Assembly: GCA_965140785.1 (NCBI GenBank)
Contig: OZ223481.1
Span: 704,001-768,000, forward strand
DNA from: an uncultured Ruficoccus sp.
Lineage (GTDB): Bacteria; Verrucomicrobiota; Verrucomicrobiia; Opitutales; Cerasicoccaceae
DNA length: 64,000 nucleotides
Direction of reading: 5' to 3'
In this document: in pieces, positions 54,582-64,000 of the stretch
Layout: each line of letters opens with the position of its first letter
Position numbering within the stretch: position 1 is the stretch's first letter
Notes under the pieces: generated by a model
The model's input: only the letters and a program-made list of their open reading frames with translations
Told to the model about the DNA's origin: nothing
Databases searched by the model: none
Translations under genes and position numbers: made by a program

Positions 54582-55259
54582 TCAGGCCGGGCAGGCGTCG
54601 ATCTCCAGGCCGAAAAACTCCCGGCCCAGTTCGGCCAGGTCGGCGTAGGCGCCGAGGGGGGCGGGGGTGCCGGCGTTGAGCTCGTCGATGGAGTGGCTGC
54701 CGGTGGCGACGACCAGGCAGCGCAGGCCCACGCTGTCGGCGGCGGCTATGTCCCAGGGGGAATCGCCGATCATCAGGGTGGTCGCCGGGTCGGCCTCCAA
54801 GGTTTCCATCACATGCTGGGTGAATTCCCGCTGGGGCTTGCGCCAGGGCGTGTCGCCGGTGCCGAAAATCTTGTCCAGGTACGGCGTGTAGCCGAGGTGT
54901 TCGCAGACCAGGCGGGCGTTGTTGCCCTCCTTGTTGGTAAAAAGGGCCTGCTTGATGCCGCGTTCGTGTAAAGCTTTGAGCAAGCCGAGCGAGCCGGGGA
55001 GGGCGCGCAGGTCCTCCTTCCAGATATCCGCGAAGTGGGAGCGGAAGAGCTTCACGCCCTCGTCCACATGTTCCTTGCCCACCAGCTTCTCCATCGTGAT
55101 CGGCACGGAGCCGCCCACGGTCGCGCGGACCTTTTCATAGGAGACCGGGTCGAGCCCGAGAACTTCCTGGGCGTGCCGGTAGCACCGGTAAATGGTCGTG
55201 AAATGGTCGATCAGCGTGCCGTCCAGATCGAAGAGAATAGTCTGTATGTCCTGCCCCAT
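54582..55259 (-). CDS. HAD-IA hydrolase (phosphoglycolate phosphatase-like)
   Basis: FDLDGTL, TNK, KP, IGDSPWD. Confidence 0.9.
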   Translation of the reverse strand: MGQDIQTILFDLDGTLIDHFTTIYRCYRHAQEVLGLDPVSYEKVRATVGGSVPITMEKLVGKEHVDEGVKLFRSHFADIWKEDLRALPGSLGLLKALHERGIKQALFTNKEGNNARLVCEHLGYTPYLDKIFGTGDTPWRKPQREFTQHVMETLEADPATTLMIGDSPWDIAAADSVGLRCLVVATGSHSIDELNAGTPAPLGAYADLAELGREFFGLEIDACPA

Positions 55260-55459
55260 GATAAATTTGCGTAGCTTGAGTCTCTGTCTTCAAATTACCT
55301 CTGCTCGCCCACTCGGTTGGATGTCGGCCCGTAATTTTAGGACAGAGCCTTGGATAATTTGCCACTCATGGGGAATATGGCCAGCCTTTTGCTTGACCCC
55401 GGGGAAATGTCCCTTGACCTTCTCACCTGACGGATATCCTATCCGCCTCCCCCTGAACT

Positions 55460-56596
55460 ATGCCGGAACCGGACGCACCTCCCGAACTGGACTTTCGCCG
55501 CGAGGGCAACGATTGCCTGATGATCGTGCTGCGTGGAACCTGGAAGATGCAAGAGCAGCTTCCAGAGTCTGACCGCGTGCAACAGGAGCTGGAAGCGGGG
55601 ATTAAACGGATGGCCTTCGAGGCCGGGGATGTGACCGGCTGGGACAGCGGCCTGATGACTTTCGTCCTGCACTGCTGGGACCTGGCCCAGGAAAAGAATC
55701 TCGAAGTGGACTACGACGGCCTGCCCAAAGGGGCCGACGGCCTGATGGCCCTCGCCACCGCCGTGCCGGAAAAGAAGGACACCGGCCGCGGCGAGACCAC
55801 GCGCTCTCTCTTTTACCAGGTCGGCTCGCATAGTATCGAGCTGGCGCAGGAGGCTCGCGACATCCTCACCTTTTTGGGCGAGGCTTCGATCGCGTTTTTC
55901 CGCTTCTATGGCGGGCGGGCGCGCTTCCGCTGGCGCGACCTGTGGATGGTTGTCCAGCAGACCGGGGCCGAGGCGCTGCCCATCGTGGCGCTGATCAGCT
56001 TTCTGGTCGGCCTCATTCTGGCCTATGTCGGGGCGGTGCAGTTGGCGCAGTTCGGGGCGACGGTTTATGTGGCCGACTTGGTCGGCCTGGCCATGGTCCG
56101 CGAAATGGGCGCCATCATGACGGGGATCGTCATGTGCGGGCGCACCGGGGCGGCCTTTGCCGCGCAATTGGGTACGATGAAGGTGTCCGAGGAGATCGAT
56201 GCCTTGCAGACCCTGGGCATTTCCCCGATGGAGTTCCTGGTTCTGCCGCGGATGCTGGCCCTGTGTTGCATGCTACCGCTGCTGGTCATCTTTTCCGACT
56301 TCATCGGTATTATCGGCGGGCTGGTGGTCAGCGTGACCACGCTGGACATTTCCTTTCAGACCTTTGTGGGGCGCACCATGGCCGCCATCGACTTGCCCAA
56401 CTTTTTCAGCGGCCTGATCAAGTCCGTCGTCTTTGGGGTGATCGTGGCCTCCACCGGCTGCTTGCGCGGCATGCAGTGCGGCGACAGTTCGGCCGCCGTC
56501 GGCGTGGCCGCCACCTCCGCGGTGGTCACGGGTATCACCTGCATCATCGTAGCGGACGCGATCTTCGCCGTGATCTTCAACATCATAGGCATATGA
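55460..56596 (+). CDS. MlaE-family ABC permease with N-terminal STAS-like domain
   Basis: REMGA..GRTGAAFAAQLGTMKVSEEIDAL. Confidence 0.93.
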   Translation: MPEPDAPPELDFRREGNDCLMIVLRGTWKMQEQLPESDRVQQELEAGIKRMAFEAGDVTGWDSGLMTFVLHCWDLAQEKNLEVDYDGLPKGADGLMALATAVPEKKDTGRGETTRSLFYQVGSHSIELAQEARDILTFLGEASIAFFRFYGGRARFRWRDLWMVVQQTGAEALPIVALISFLVGLILAYVGAVQLAQFGATVYVADLVGLAMVREMGAIMTGIVMCGRTGAAFAAQLGTMKVSEEIDALQTLGISPMEFLVLPRMLALCCMLPLLVIFSDFIGIIGGLVVSVTTLDISFQTFVGRTMAAIDLPNFFSGLIKSVVFGVIVASTGCLRGMQCGDSSAAVGVAATSAVVTGITCIIVADAIFAVIFNIIGI

Positions 56597-57366
56597 GCGA
56601 GGACCAGCCCAAGATCAGAGTCGAAAACCTGACCATGGCCTACGGATCGTTCGTGGTCATGAAGGATATCAATTTCGAGATCAACAAGGGCGAAGTCTTC
56701 ATCATCATGGGCGGCTCAGGTTGCGGCAAGAGCACTCTGCTCAAGCACCTGATTGGCCTCAAACAGCCGGCCAAGGGTGATATCTTCTACGACGGGGCTA
56801 ACTTTAACCAGGCCGAGGACGAGGAGAAACTCCTTATGCTCCAGAAATTCGGCGTGCTCTACCAGGGCGGGGCCTTGTGGAGCTCCATGACATTGGCCGA
56901 AAACGTCGGCCTGCCCCTGGGCGAGTTCACCTCGCTCTCGCAGAAGGAGATCCGCGACATCGCCACCTTCAAGCTCTCGCTGGTGGGCCTGCGCGGCTTC
57001 GAAGACTTTTACCCGTCCGAGATCAGCGGCGGGATGCGCAAGCGCGCCGGGCTGGCGCGGGCCATGGCGCTCGACCCCGACGTGCTGTTTTTCGACGAGC
57101 CCTCCGCCGGGCTGGATCCGATCAGCTCCCGCCGCCTGGATGACCTCATTCTCGAACTGCGCGACAGTCTCGGGGCCACCGTCGTGGTCGTGACCCACGA
57201 GCTGGCCAGTATTTTCGCGATTGCCGACAAGGCGATCTTCCTTGATGCCGACACTCGCACCCAGGGTGCCATTGGCGACCCGCACGAGTTGCGGGACCAG
57301 AATGACAACATGGCCGTGCGGACCTTCCTGCGCCGGGGCGAAGAGGAGATCCCCGAAGGCGTCTGA
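56593..57366 (+). CDS. MlaF-family ABC ATP-binding protein
   Basis: GGSGCGKST, ISGGMRKR, FDEPSAGLDP; ATGA overlap with the permease. Confidence 0.93.
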   Translation: MSEDQPKIRVENLTMAYGSFVVMKDINFEINKGEVFIIMGGSGCGKSTLLKHLIGLKQPAKGDIFYDGANFNQAEDEEKLLMLQKFGVLYQGGALWSSMTLAENVGLPLGEFTSLSQKEIRDIATFKLSLVGLRGFEDFYPSEISGGMRKRAGLARAMALDPDVLFFDEPSAGLDPISSRRLDDLILELRDSLGATVVVVTHELASIFAIADKAIFLDADTRTQGAIGDPHELRDQNDNMAVRTFLRRGEEEIPEGV

Positions 57367-57425
57367 GAGTCTCAAAAAAGCCATTGCCCAACCTCTTTAA
57401 TTCGCTAACGTTTCTAATAAACCGT

Positions 57426-58457
57426 ATGAGCAAAAAAGCCAATCCAGCCGCCATTGGCGTTTTCGTGGTGGGGGCCGTCATCCTGGCAGTCGTCTCTTTG
57501 GTCATTTTCGGCTCCGGCTCCATTTTCAGGAAAACCGAGAAGTTCATCCTCTATTTTGAGGATTCCATCAACGGCCTGGAAATCGGCGCTCCCGTCAAGT
57601 TCAAGGGCGTGCGCATCGGCCAGGTGACCGACATCCGCATCCGCTTCAATCAGGACGACGAGTCCCCGCACGTGCCGGTCATCATCCAGATCGACATCGA
57701 CCGCCTGCAGAACAACCTCGGGGTGGATGTGGACCTCAGCGACGAGCAGGTCTTTCAGGAGCAGGTGGACATCCTCGGGCTGCGCGGAAAGCTCCAGCAG
57801 GCCAGCTTTGTCACCGGTATGCTCTTCATCGAGCTGGACTACGATCCCAACGCCGGCCCGGCCTACTACGTCCAGCAGCCCGATCCCGAGACGGGCGAGT
57901 ACGAGTATAAAGAGATCCCCACCGTGTCCTCTGGCCTGACCGAAGTGATCAAGAAGGCCACCACCATGGTGGACAAGATCAGCCGGATCGATTTCCAGGC
58001 CATCGGCCAGAAGGCCAACGACATTCTCACCCGCCTGGACGATGGCGTGGCCGAGATCCAGTTCAAGACCATCAATGAGAAGACGGTCGCCCTGCTCGAC
58101 AACCTCGACAGCATCACCGCCGATCCCGAGTTTAAAAAGTTGCCCGGCAACCTGAACACCACGCTCGACGACGGGCGTCAGTTCATCGCTATGCTGGATA
58201 AGGACGTGGACGCGGTCGTCACCGACCTGAAGGAAACCCTGGACGGGGCCCGTGGCACGCTGCGCCGCATCGATGGCCTCACTGACAATCTCAACTCCAT
58301 GCTCGAACCGGAATCGCCGCTGCGCTACCAGCTGGAGGATTCCTTTTCCGAACTGGCCGAGGCCATGCGCTCCATCCGCGTACTGGCTGATTACCTGGAG
58401 CGTAATCCGAGCGCCCTGCTGATCGGCAAACAGGACGATTCATCCTCAGACAAGTAA
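57426..58457 (+). CDS. MCE/MlaD (PqiB-like) protein
   Basis: N-terminal TM, GLEIGAPVKFKGVRIGQV, coiled coil, DYLERNPSALL. Confidence 0.92.
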   Translation: MSKKANPAAIGVFVVGAVILAVVSLVIFGSGSIFRKTEKFILYFEDSINGLEIGAPVKFKGVRIGQVTDIRIRFNQDDESPHVPVIIQIDIDRLQNNLGVDVDLSDEQVFQEQVDILGLRGKLQQASFVTGMLFIELDYDPNAGPAYYVQQPDPETGEYEYKEIPTVSSGLTEVIKKATTMVDKISRIDFQAIGQKANDILTRLDDGVAEIQFKTINEKTVALLDNLDSITADPEFKKLPGNLNTTLDDGRQFIAMLDKDVDAVVTDLKETLDGARGTLRRIDGLTDNLNSMLEPESPLRYQLEDSFSELAEAMRSIRVLADYLERNPSALLIGKQDDSSSDK

Positions 58458-58460
58458 TTC

Positions 58461-59216
58461 ATGCGAAACACCATCCTTGCACCGCTGCTCTTTACCTGCC
58501 TGCTCGCCCTCACCGGCTGTTCCATCGGCGACTCTTCCTCGCCTTCACGTTTTTATGTTCTCACGCCTATGCCGGAGGGCAGTCAGCCGGTCGACTTCGA
58601 GGGCGAGGCACCCAACGTCGGCCTGACCCGCGTGCAGATTCCCTCGACGCTGGACCGCCCGCAGATGGTGGTCTTCACCGCCGAGAACGAGGTCACCTAC
58701 AATGAGTTCAACCGCTGGAGCGAGCCGCTCAGCCAGGGCATCGGCGAAGCCGTCCGGCGCAACCTGCTCATCCTGATGGGACCGGGCAAGGTCTCGGCCT
58801 TCCCGTGGATGCAGTCCTTCCCGCGCGATTACAATGTCCAGATCGTCGTTCAGCAGTTCGGCGCCTATACATACCTGAACGAGGTGATCCTGCGCGCCGT
58901 TTACCGGATCGAGAAGCTGGGCGAGGGGAGCCGCGACACGGTTTTCGTCGGCGAGGCTATTTATACGCAGCCTATCGCCGGGGATAGCCAGAATTTTGAC
59001 GATATCGCCAATGCGCTCAGCACCACGCTGGTCCGCCTCAGCAAGGATATCGCCACTGAGATCCAGAAGCTCGAACAGCAGCAGAAGGAGGAAGGCCAAG
59101 ACGGGGCAAAGGCTTCCCTGAAGCCCTATACTCCGACGTCGTCCGAGCCGTCTGAGACGGATTCGGCCGGAAAGGGCATGCTCCAGCCTCGCTACCGCAC
59201 CCTGGATAAAGAATAG
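58461..59216 (+). CDS. PqiC-like lipoprotein
   Basis: Lipobox LTGC, FYVL, LDRPQMV, RWSEPL. Confidence 0.88.
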   Translation: MRNTILAPLLFTCLLALTGCSIGDSSSPSRFYVLTPMPEGSQPVDFEGEAPNVGLTRVQIPSTLDRPQMVVFTAENEVTYNEFNRWSEPLSQGIGEAVRRNLLILMGPGKVSAFPWMQSFPRDYNVQIVVQQFGAYTYLNEVILRAVYRIEKLGEGSRDTVFVGEAIYTQPIAGDSQNFDDIANALSTTLVRLSKDIATEIQKLEQQQKEEGQDGAKASLKPYTPTSSEPSETDSAGKGMLQPRYRTLDKE

Positions 59217-59321
59217 GCTGTTTGGCCCGCCTGCTGGCAGGGCCGAGTCTCCCTTATGTTTCTGATATTTCCCGCGTAAGCTCTCGGGAGAATTGAGGCG
59301 TATCCCTCTGGTTGGGTGTAT

Positions 59322-59348
59322 TTGCAATGCGTTTGTTATGCATTGCAA
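59322..59348. promoter_or_regulatory. Perfect 9-9-9 inverted repeat upstream of the fliA-like gene
   Basis: TTGCAATGC-GTTTGTTAT-GCATTGCAA. Confidence 0.55.
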
Positions 59349-59509
59349 GGTTTGTGCATTGCGTCTTGAGGCGCTAGGCTCGCGTGGTATTTTTTTTAAT
59401 TTATATTACGTTGTTAAGCAATGGCTTACAATCTTGGCGCGGGGAGTGGCATGATAGCTGGTTAAATAATGGCAATCAGCAACGCTATTTTTCAGATCCC
59501 TTTTTGCCA

Positions 59510-60259
59510 ATGAAAACAGAAACCACAGTCCGCAAGTCCGAGCCCCGTAAAATGGATGTTTTCCAGAACGAGTTGCTCGAGGAGCACTACCCACTCGTCA
59601 ACACGGTGGTGAAGAGTATGCTCTCCTACCTGCCTCGCTGTGCTGATTCTGAAGAACTGCACAGCGTGGGTATCACCGGCCTGATCGCGGCCGTCCAGAA
59701 GTTTGACCCGAAGCAGTCCGGAACCTTTAAGGCTTATGCCGCCATGCGTATTCGCGGGTCCATCCTCGATGAACTGCGCCGGATGGATTCCCTGCCGCGC
59801 ACGCGCCGGGCCAAGGTTCGCGAGTTGAGCAAGATCGTCGAAGAGCTTGAGCAGAAGCTCGGTCGCGCCCCCCGCGACTCCGAAATCGCCGACGCCATGG
59901 GGCTGACCATGGCCGAGCTTGAGCGCTACCAGTTGAAGGCCCGCCCGGTCGTGCTGGTTTCCCTCGACGGGGCCAGTAGTCAGGACGACGACTCTGAGGT
60001 CAATCTGCACGAGGCGATCGCCGACCAGAACAGCCGCCCCTGCTACGAAGACCTGGAAAAGAGCGAATACATCGACCTGATGGCCGACATGATCAATGAG
60101 CTGCCGGACCGTCAGAAGAAGGTGCTCGCCATGTACTACTATGAAGGTATGCGCCTGGCCGAAATCGCGGAAGTCTTCGGCGTCTCCGAAGCCCGTATCT
60201 GCCAGATCCACACACAGGCTCTCGGCGTCTTGCGCCGCAATATCCAGCGCGTGAAGTAA
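59510..60259 (+). CDS. fliA: FliA/WhiG family RNA polymerase sigma factor (sigma28 type)
   Basis: F.AYA..RIRGSILDELRRMD, YYYEGM.LAEIA...VSEARICQIH. Confidence 0.88.
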   Translation: MKTETTVRKSEPRKMDVFQNELLEEHYPLVNTVVKSMLSYLPRCADSEELHSVGITGLIAAVQKFDPKQSGTFKAYAAMRIRGSILDELRRMDSLPRTRRAKVRELSKIVEELEQKLGRAPRDSEIADAMGLTMAELERYQLKARPVVLVSLDGASSQDDDSEVNLHEAIADQNSRPCYEDLEKSEYIDLMADMINELPDRQKKVLAMYYYEGMRLAEIAEVFGVSEARICQIHTQALGVLRRNIQRVK

Positions 60260-60296
60260 TTTTCAAGAGGCAAAACGAACAGCAGCAGCAACAACG

Positions 60297-60331
60297 AAGC
60301 CCGGGCGTGAGAACGTCCGGGCTTTCTTTTT
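60297..60331 (+). terminator. Intrinsic terminator
   Basis: AAGCCCGGGCGT-GAGA-ACGTCCGGGCTT followed by TCTTTTT. Confidence 0.85.
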
Positions 60332-60385
60332 GGAACCTCAGAAGGCGCAGCGGGCGAGGGGCCGGGAAGGGGGCCCTTATACGCG

Positions 60386-60763
60386 CTACAGTAACTGATC
60401 GGCACCGCTGAAGATCGCCTCCACCGTGAGCAGGGCGGCGGAGTGGCCGGGGTAGCCGGGTTTGTTGGCGGCCTTCATCGCCTCGAAAATCGGCCCCTCG
60501 GTGTGGAATGAGATCGTGCCTTTGAGCTGGTAGGCCTTGCGCTCGGCGGTGAGGAAGAGCAGGGAGGCCTGCGGGTTGGCCTCCAGGTTGGCCTTGGTCT
60601 TACTAAAGTAGTTGTTGGCGATAAAGAACCCCTCCTCGCACCGGCCGACGATGCCGACATAGATGGCGTTGGGCACTCCCTCGGGGGTGGCGGTGGTCAG
60701 GATGCAGAAGCCCTCGCGTTCTTCGTCCCAGGCTTTCAGGACAGCTTCAGGAATTGTTTTCAT
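60386..60763 (-). CDS. Pyridoxamine 5'-phosphate oxidase-family FMN-binding protein
   Basis: G.PNAIY, NYFSKT.ANL..NP, YQLKG split-barrel motifs. Confidence 0.85.
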   Translation of the reverse strand: MKTIPEAVLKAWDEEREGFCILTTATPEGVPNAIYVGIVGRCEEGFFIANNYFSKTKANLEANPQASLLFLTAERKAYQLKGTISFHTEGPIFEAMKAANKPGYPGHSAALLTVEAIFSGADQLL

Positions 60764-60966
60764 CGTCTTGGTCTTCGCAGGTTAGGCGGGTGGTGCGGTC
60801 GGCAGTTCGCTGCCGCAGTTCAGGATGATGCTTGTGAAAAAGCCCCATCTGTCCAGCGACCAGCGTGGCGGCGACGGCGATTTAAGCGCGGCCAAACCGG
60901 GCTAGCAGCTTTGCTAACGGTTGGGGGGCGTTTTCAGCGTTGCGCTGCGATTAATTTAAATAAAGA

Positions 60967-60986
60967 TTTCAAATGATTATTTGAAA
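60967..60986. promoter_or_regulatory. Probable TetR operator
   Basis: Perfect palindrome TTTCAAAT-GATT-ATTTGAAA directly upstream of the TetR gene. Confidence 0.7.
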
Positions 60987-61021
60987 CTTTTATTCGAATT
61001 TGTCGTTCTACTGGAACGCGG

Positions 61022-61669
61022 ATGGGCCAGCCTATGAAAAAAACCAACGACACACGCGAACGTTTGCTGCGGGCGGCAGCGGAATGTTTCGCCGCGCACG
61101 GGTACAACCGGGCGACGTTGGCCCAGATCTGTCAGGACGCCGAGGCCAACCAGGCGGCGGCCAATTACCACTTCGGCGATAAGCTCGGGCTTTACGCCGA
61201 GGCGCTCCGGTATGCCTTCGCTCGTGCCCAGGCACAGTTCCCGATCCCGGAGATGGCGGGTATGTCGGCCGAGGAGCGGCTGCGCGCCTACCTCTCAACG
61301 AGTTTTCACCGCATTTTCGACGCGGGCGAGGGGAGTCTATTCCCGCGCATGTTCGTCAAGGAGATGGCGGAGCCCTCCGAGCACCTCGAGTACATCTTTA
61401 CCCATGTGATAGACTGTGAACGCCACATCCTCGGCGGGATCGTCCGCGATCTACTGGGTGAGAAGGCGACGGAGGAGGACTGCTGCCTGTGCCGCCTCTC
61501 GATCGTGGCCCTGTTTCAGTTTTTCAATTTCAACCGCGCCATCCGGGAAATGGCGATTCGTAAGAAACGTCGCAAGAGTTTCGATGTCGAAACCGTCCTT
61601 GCGCACACCGTCCGCTTCGCGCTGGCGGGCGTCCGGGAGATGGAAAAGGAGATCAAAAATCGTGAATAA
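61022..61669 (+). CDS. TetR-family regulator (CecR/DUF1956 type)
   Basis: TRERLLRAA.ECFAAHGY...NYHFGDK HTH; start may be 61034. Confidence 0.9.
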   Translation: MGQPMKKTNDTRERLLRAAAECFAAHGYNRATLAQICQDAEANQAAANYHFGDKLGLYAEALRYAFARAQAQFPIPEMAGMSAEERLRAYLSTSFHRIFDAGEGSLFPRMFVKEMAEPSEHLEYIFTHVIDCERHILGGIVRDLLGEKATEEDCCLCRLSIVALFQFFNFNRAIREMAIRKKRRKSFDVETVLAHTVRFALAGVREMEKEIKNRE

Positions 61670-63140
61670 CTTGCTTCGCACAGGAGGACTGCTGGGGACG
61701 GCCCTGGTGCTGGCCGGTTGCCAGTACACGGCTCAGACCCCGGCTGCCGATACCGCTCAGGAGCTTCCGGCCACCTATGAGGACACCGGCGAGGTCTCCG
61801 AGGCGGCCATGCAGGAGCAGTGGTGGACCGCTTTCGATCGCCCCGACCTTAATGAGCTGGAAGAGGAAGGCATGAGCGGAAACCTCGACCTGGCCGAGGC
61901 TTGGGCGCGCCTGCGTCAGGCACAGGCCGAAGCGGTCATTGCCGGGGCGGACCTTTACCCCTCCGCCGATGCCTCGGCCTCGTGGAGCAAGACCCGCACC
62001 TTTGGCGTGGGCTCGGGCACGACGGACGGCTGGGGCCTCGGGACCGGCATCGGCTACGAGCTGGACCTGTGGGGTCGCATCCGCGCCCAGGCCGAGAGTG
62101 CCGAGGCGTTGGCCGGAGCCAGCCAGTTCGACGTGCAGGCCACGGCCCTGACGCTCAGCGGGGACATTGCCTCGACCTGGCTCAGCCTGCTGGCCTACCG
62201 TCAGGGGGTTCTGCTACTGGAGCAGCAGGTCGAAACCAACCGTACCCAGCTTGAGCTGATTTTGCTGCGTTTCGCCAACGCCCAGTCCAACGCCCTCGAT
62301 GTGCTCCAACAGCGGCAGTTGTTGGCCGCTGCCGAGGCGCGCCTACCCAATGCGCAGCGCCAGATCCGCCTGCTCCAGCACCAGATGGCGCTTCTGCTGG
62401 GAGTTCCTTCGGACAAGGTGTACACGCTCGACGGCGAATTTACCATGCCGCTGCTGCCTCCGGAACCCCCGACCGGCATCCCCTCCGACCTGTTGACACA
62501 GCGGCCCGACGTGCGCGCCCGCTATATGGAGCTGGAGGCGGCGAGCTGGAACGTGGCCGGTGCCAAGGCCGACCGCCTGCCGCGGGTCAGCCTCAGCGCC
62601 AACGCCGAGACCACGGCCCAGGCTTTCGGGGACATGTTCGATTCGTGGTCGGCTTCCTTCCTCGCCGGTCTGGCCCAGCCGCTGTTCGACGCCGGCGCCC
62701 GCCAGGCCGAGGTCGAGCGCCAACTGGCCCGGGCCCGTCAGGCCATGCTCCGGTACCGCACGACGGTGCTGGTCGCCTTCAAGGAAGTTCGCGATGCCCT
62801 CGCCAACGAGTACTGGTACATCCAGGCGCTGGCCGCGCTCGACATCGAGTTGAAGGCCGCCAAGCAGGAGTTTACCGAGGCGCAACTGCGCTACGTCAAC
62901 GGCCAGACCGACTACCTCGATGTGATCTCCTCGCTCACCACCCTGCAAGGGCTCCAGCGCGAGCGCATCGACGCGGTGGCGCAGGTCTTGCAGGCTCGTA
63001 TCGACCTTCACTTGGCCCTCGGGGGTAATATCCCGCTGGAGAACCCGCAGCCCGAGCCCATCCTTTCGCCGGAGGACACCATCCCCTTCGTGCCCGCCAT
63101 CGTCGAAGTCTTTGACGGCAGCTCCGAGACCGTGCAGTAA
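61662..63140 (+). CDS. Efflux outer-membrane factor lipoprotein (NodT/OprM type)
   Basis: Lipobox LAGC, WWTAF, YELDLWG, PSDLLTQRPDVRA, ALGG; GTG start. Confidence 0.93.
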   Translation: MNNLLRTGGLLGTALVLAGCQYTAQTPAADTAQELPATYEDTGEVSEAAMQEQWWTAFDRPDLNELEEEGMSGNLDLAEAWARLRQAQAEAVIAGADLYPSADASASWSKTRTFGVGSGTTDGWGLGTGIGYELDLWGRIRAQAESAEALAGASQFDVQATALTLSGDIASTWLSLLAYRQGVLLLEQQVETNRTQLELILLRFANAQSNALDVLQQRQLLAAAEARLPNAQRQIRLLQHQMALLLGVPSDKVYTLDGEFTMPLLPPEPPTGIPSDLLTQRPDVRARYMELEAASWNVAGAKADRLPRVSLSANAETTAQAFGDMFDSWSASFLAGLAQPLFDAGARQAEVERQLARARQAMLRYRTTVLVAFKEVRDALANEYWYIQALAALDIELKAAKQEFTEAQLRYVNGQTDYLDVISSLTTLQGLQRERIDAVAQVLQARIDLHLALGGNIPLENPQPEPILSPEDTIPFVPAIVEVFDGSSETVQ

Positions 63141-63164
63141 CACCCAACCTTTTTCCCACATCCC

Positions 63165-64000
63165 ATGTCCGACGAATCCGCATCCCGCCCCGCCCGCCGC
63201 TTTCCCTGGCGCCGTACCCTGGCCCTTTTGATCGTGGCCGCGGTCGCCGCGCTCGGCAGTTTGGTCCTGATCGAGACCGGTCCGAAAACCTCCCGACGGC
63301 CTCCGGCCCCGATGCAGGCCAACGTGGAGGCGGTCTCCCTCACGCGGGTGGATGCCCGTGTGGTGGTCGAGGGCATGGGCGAGGTCATTCCCCAAAAGTC
63401 CGTTGAGATGCGTGCGCAGGTCGGCGGTGAAGTCGTCGAAGTGGGACCGCATTTTTCCGAGGGCCGGATGCTCGAAAAGGGCGAGCTCATGCTGCGTCTG
63501 GACGATCGTGACTATCAGATCGCTCTCCAGCAGGCCGAGGCGGCACTGCAACAGGCCCAGAGCGCCCTGGCGATTGAAGACGGCAGCCAGACTATCGCCA
63601 AGCGGGAGTGGGAGCTGATTCAGGAAGCCGCCGAAGTGGCCGGGGCCAACGCTTCTCTGGCCCTGCGCGAGCCGCAGCTCCAGACGGCCAAGGCGACGGT
63701 CGCCACTGCCAATGCGGACTTGGACGACGCCAAGCTCGACCTCCAGCGCACCCGCATCGTCGCTCCCTTTAACGCCATTGTGTTAGCCAAAACCGCCGAC
63801 CAGGGTTCCTACATCTCGCAGCAGACAGCCGTGGCCACGCTGGCCGGGCTCGACACCTACTGGGTCCAGGTGGCCGTGCCCGAGTCGCAGCTGCGCTGGC
63901 TGACCGTCCCGGCGCCCGGCGAGGCCCGCGGCAGCGTGGCTCGCGTGTATCCAGATTCCACGACAGATCTCTACCGCGAGGGCTATGTGGTGGCTATGCT
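63165..64000 (+). CDS. RND efflux periplasmic adaptor (MFP), truncated by the window end
   Basis: My translation: MSDESASRP..TM..RAQVGGEVV..LDDRDY..RTRIVAPFNA; no stop before 64000. Confidence 0.9.
   Translation, partial: MSDESASRPARRFPWRRTLALLIVAAVAALGSLVLIETGPKTSRRPPAPMQANVEAVSLTRVDARVVVEGMGEVIPQKSVEMRAQVGGEVVEVGPHFSEGRMLEKGELMLRLDDRDYQIALQQAEAALQQAQSALAIEDGSQTIAKREWELIQEAAEVAGANASLALREPQLQTAKATVATANADLDDAKLDLQRTRIVAPFNAIVLAKTADQGSYISQQTAVATLAGLDTYWVQVAVPESQLRWLTVPAPGEARGSVARVYPDSTTDLYREGYVVAM

Noticed and set aside
59322..59348. CIRCE element
   Set aside because: The 9-9-9 geometry matches but the sequence differs from TTAGCACTC-N9-GAGTGCTAA, and no chaperone gene follows

Overview
GC-rich bacterial chromosome segment. 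The 16S sequence and two PEP-CTERM proteins point to Verrucomicrobiota (Opitutales-like); this is inferred, not searched. The window is mostly housekeeping and envelope genes: rhomboid, slyX, two Hsp20s, hrpB, a Zn/Mn ABC importer with an atypical Fur-family gene, sixA, pdxH, feoAB plus a small Cys-rich protein, an ACP/SDR/acyltransferase/FabH/VOC/ACP/FkbH acyl-tailoring cluster, lysA, a PLP transferase, a PEP-CTERM papain-like protease, and a DUF62/K-channel/MFS operon. It also holds a Tsr3/DTW-like gene, a full rRNA operon (16S-tRNAAla-tRNAIle-23S-5S) behind four tandem promoter/boxA units, an M48 peptidase, a CPA1 antiporter, a double parvulin, thiC, recD2, an Mla/Pqi-type system, an orphan fliA-like sigma factor and the start of a TetR-regulated RND efflux operon. 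The most striking feature is an AT-rich HEPN (AbiU2-like) gene wedged between the TPP riboswitch and thiC, with its start codon at the aptamer's 3' edge. Other notable items: two MITEs, a near-identical 15-bp operator upstream of both znuA and a PEP-CTERM gene, two candidate sRNAs, several sigma54-type promoters, an internally deleted antiporter pseudogene, and four single-base indels between 22.6 and 27.2 kb that are probably sequencing errors.
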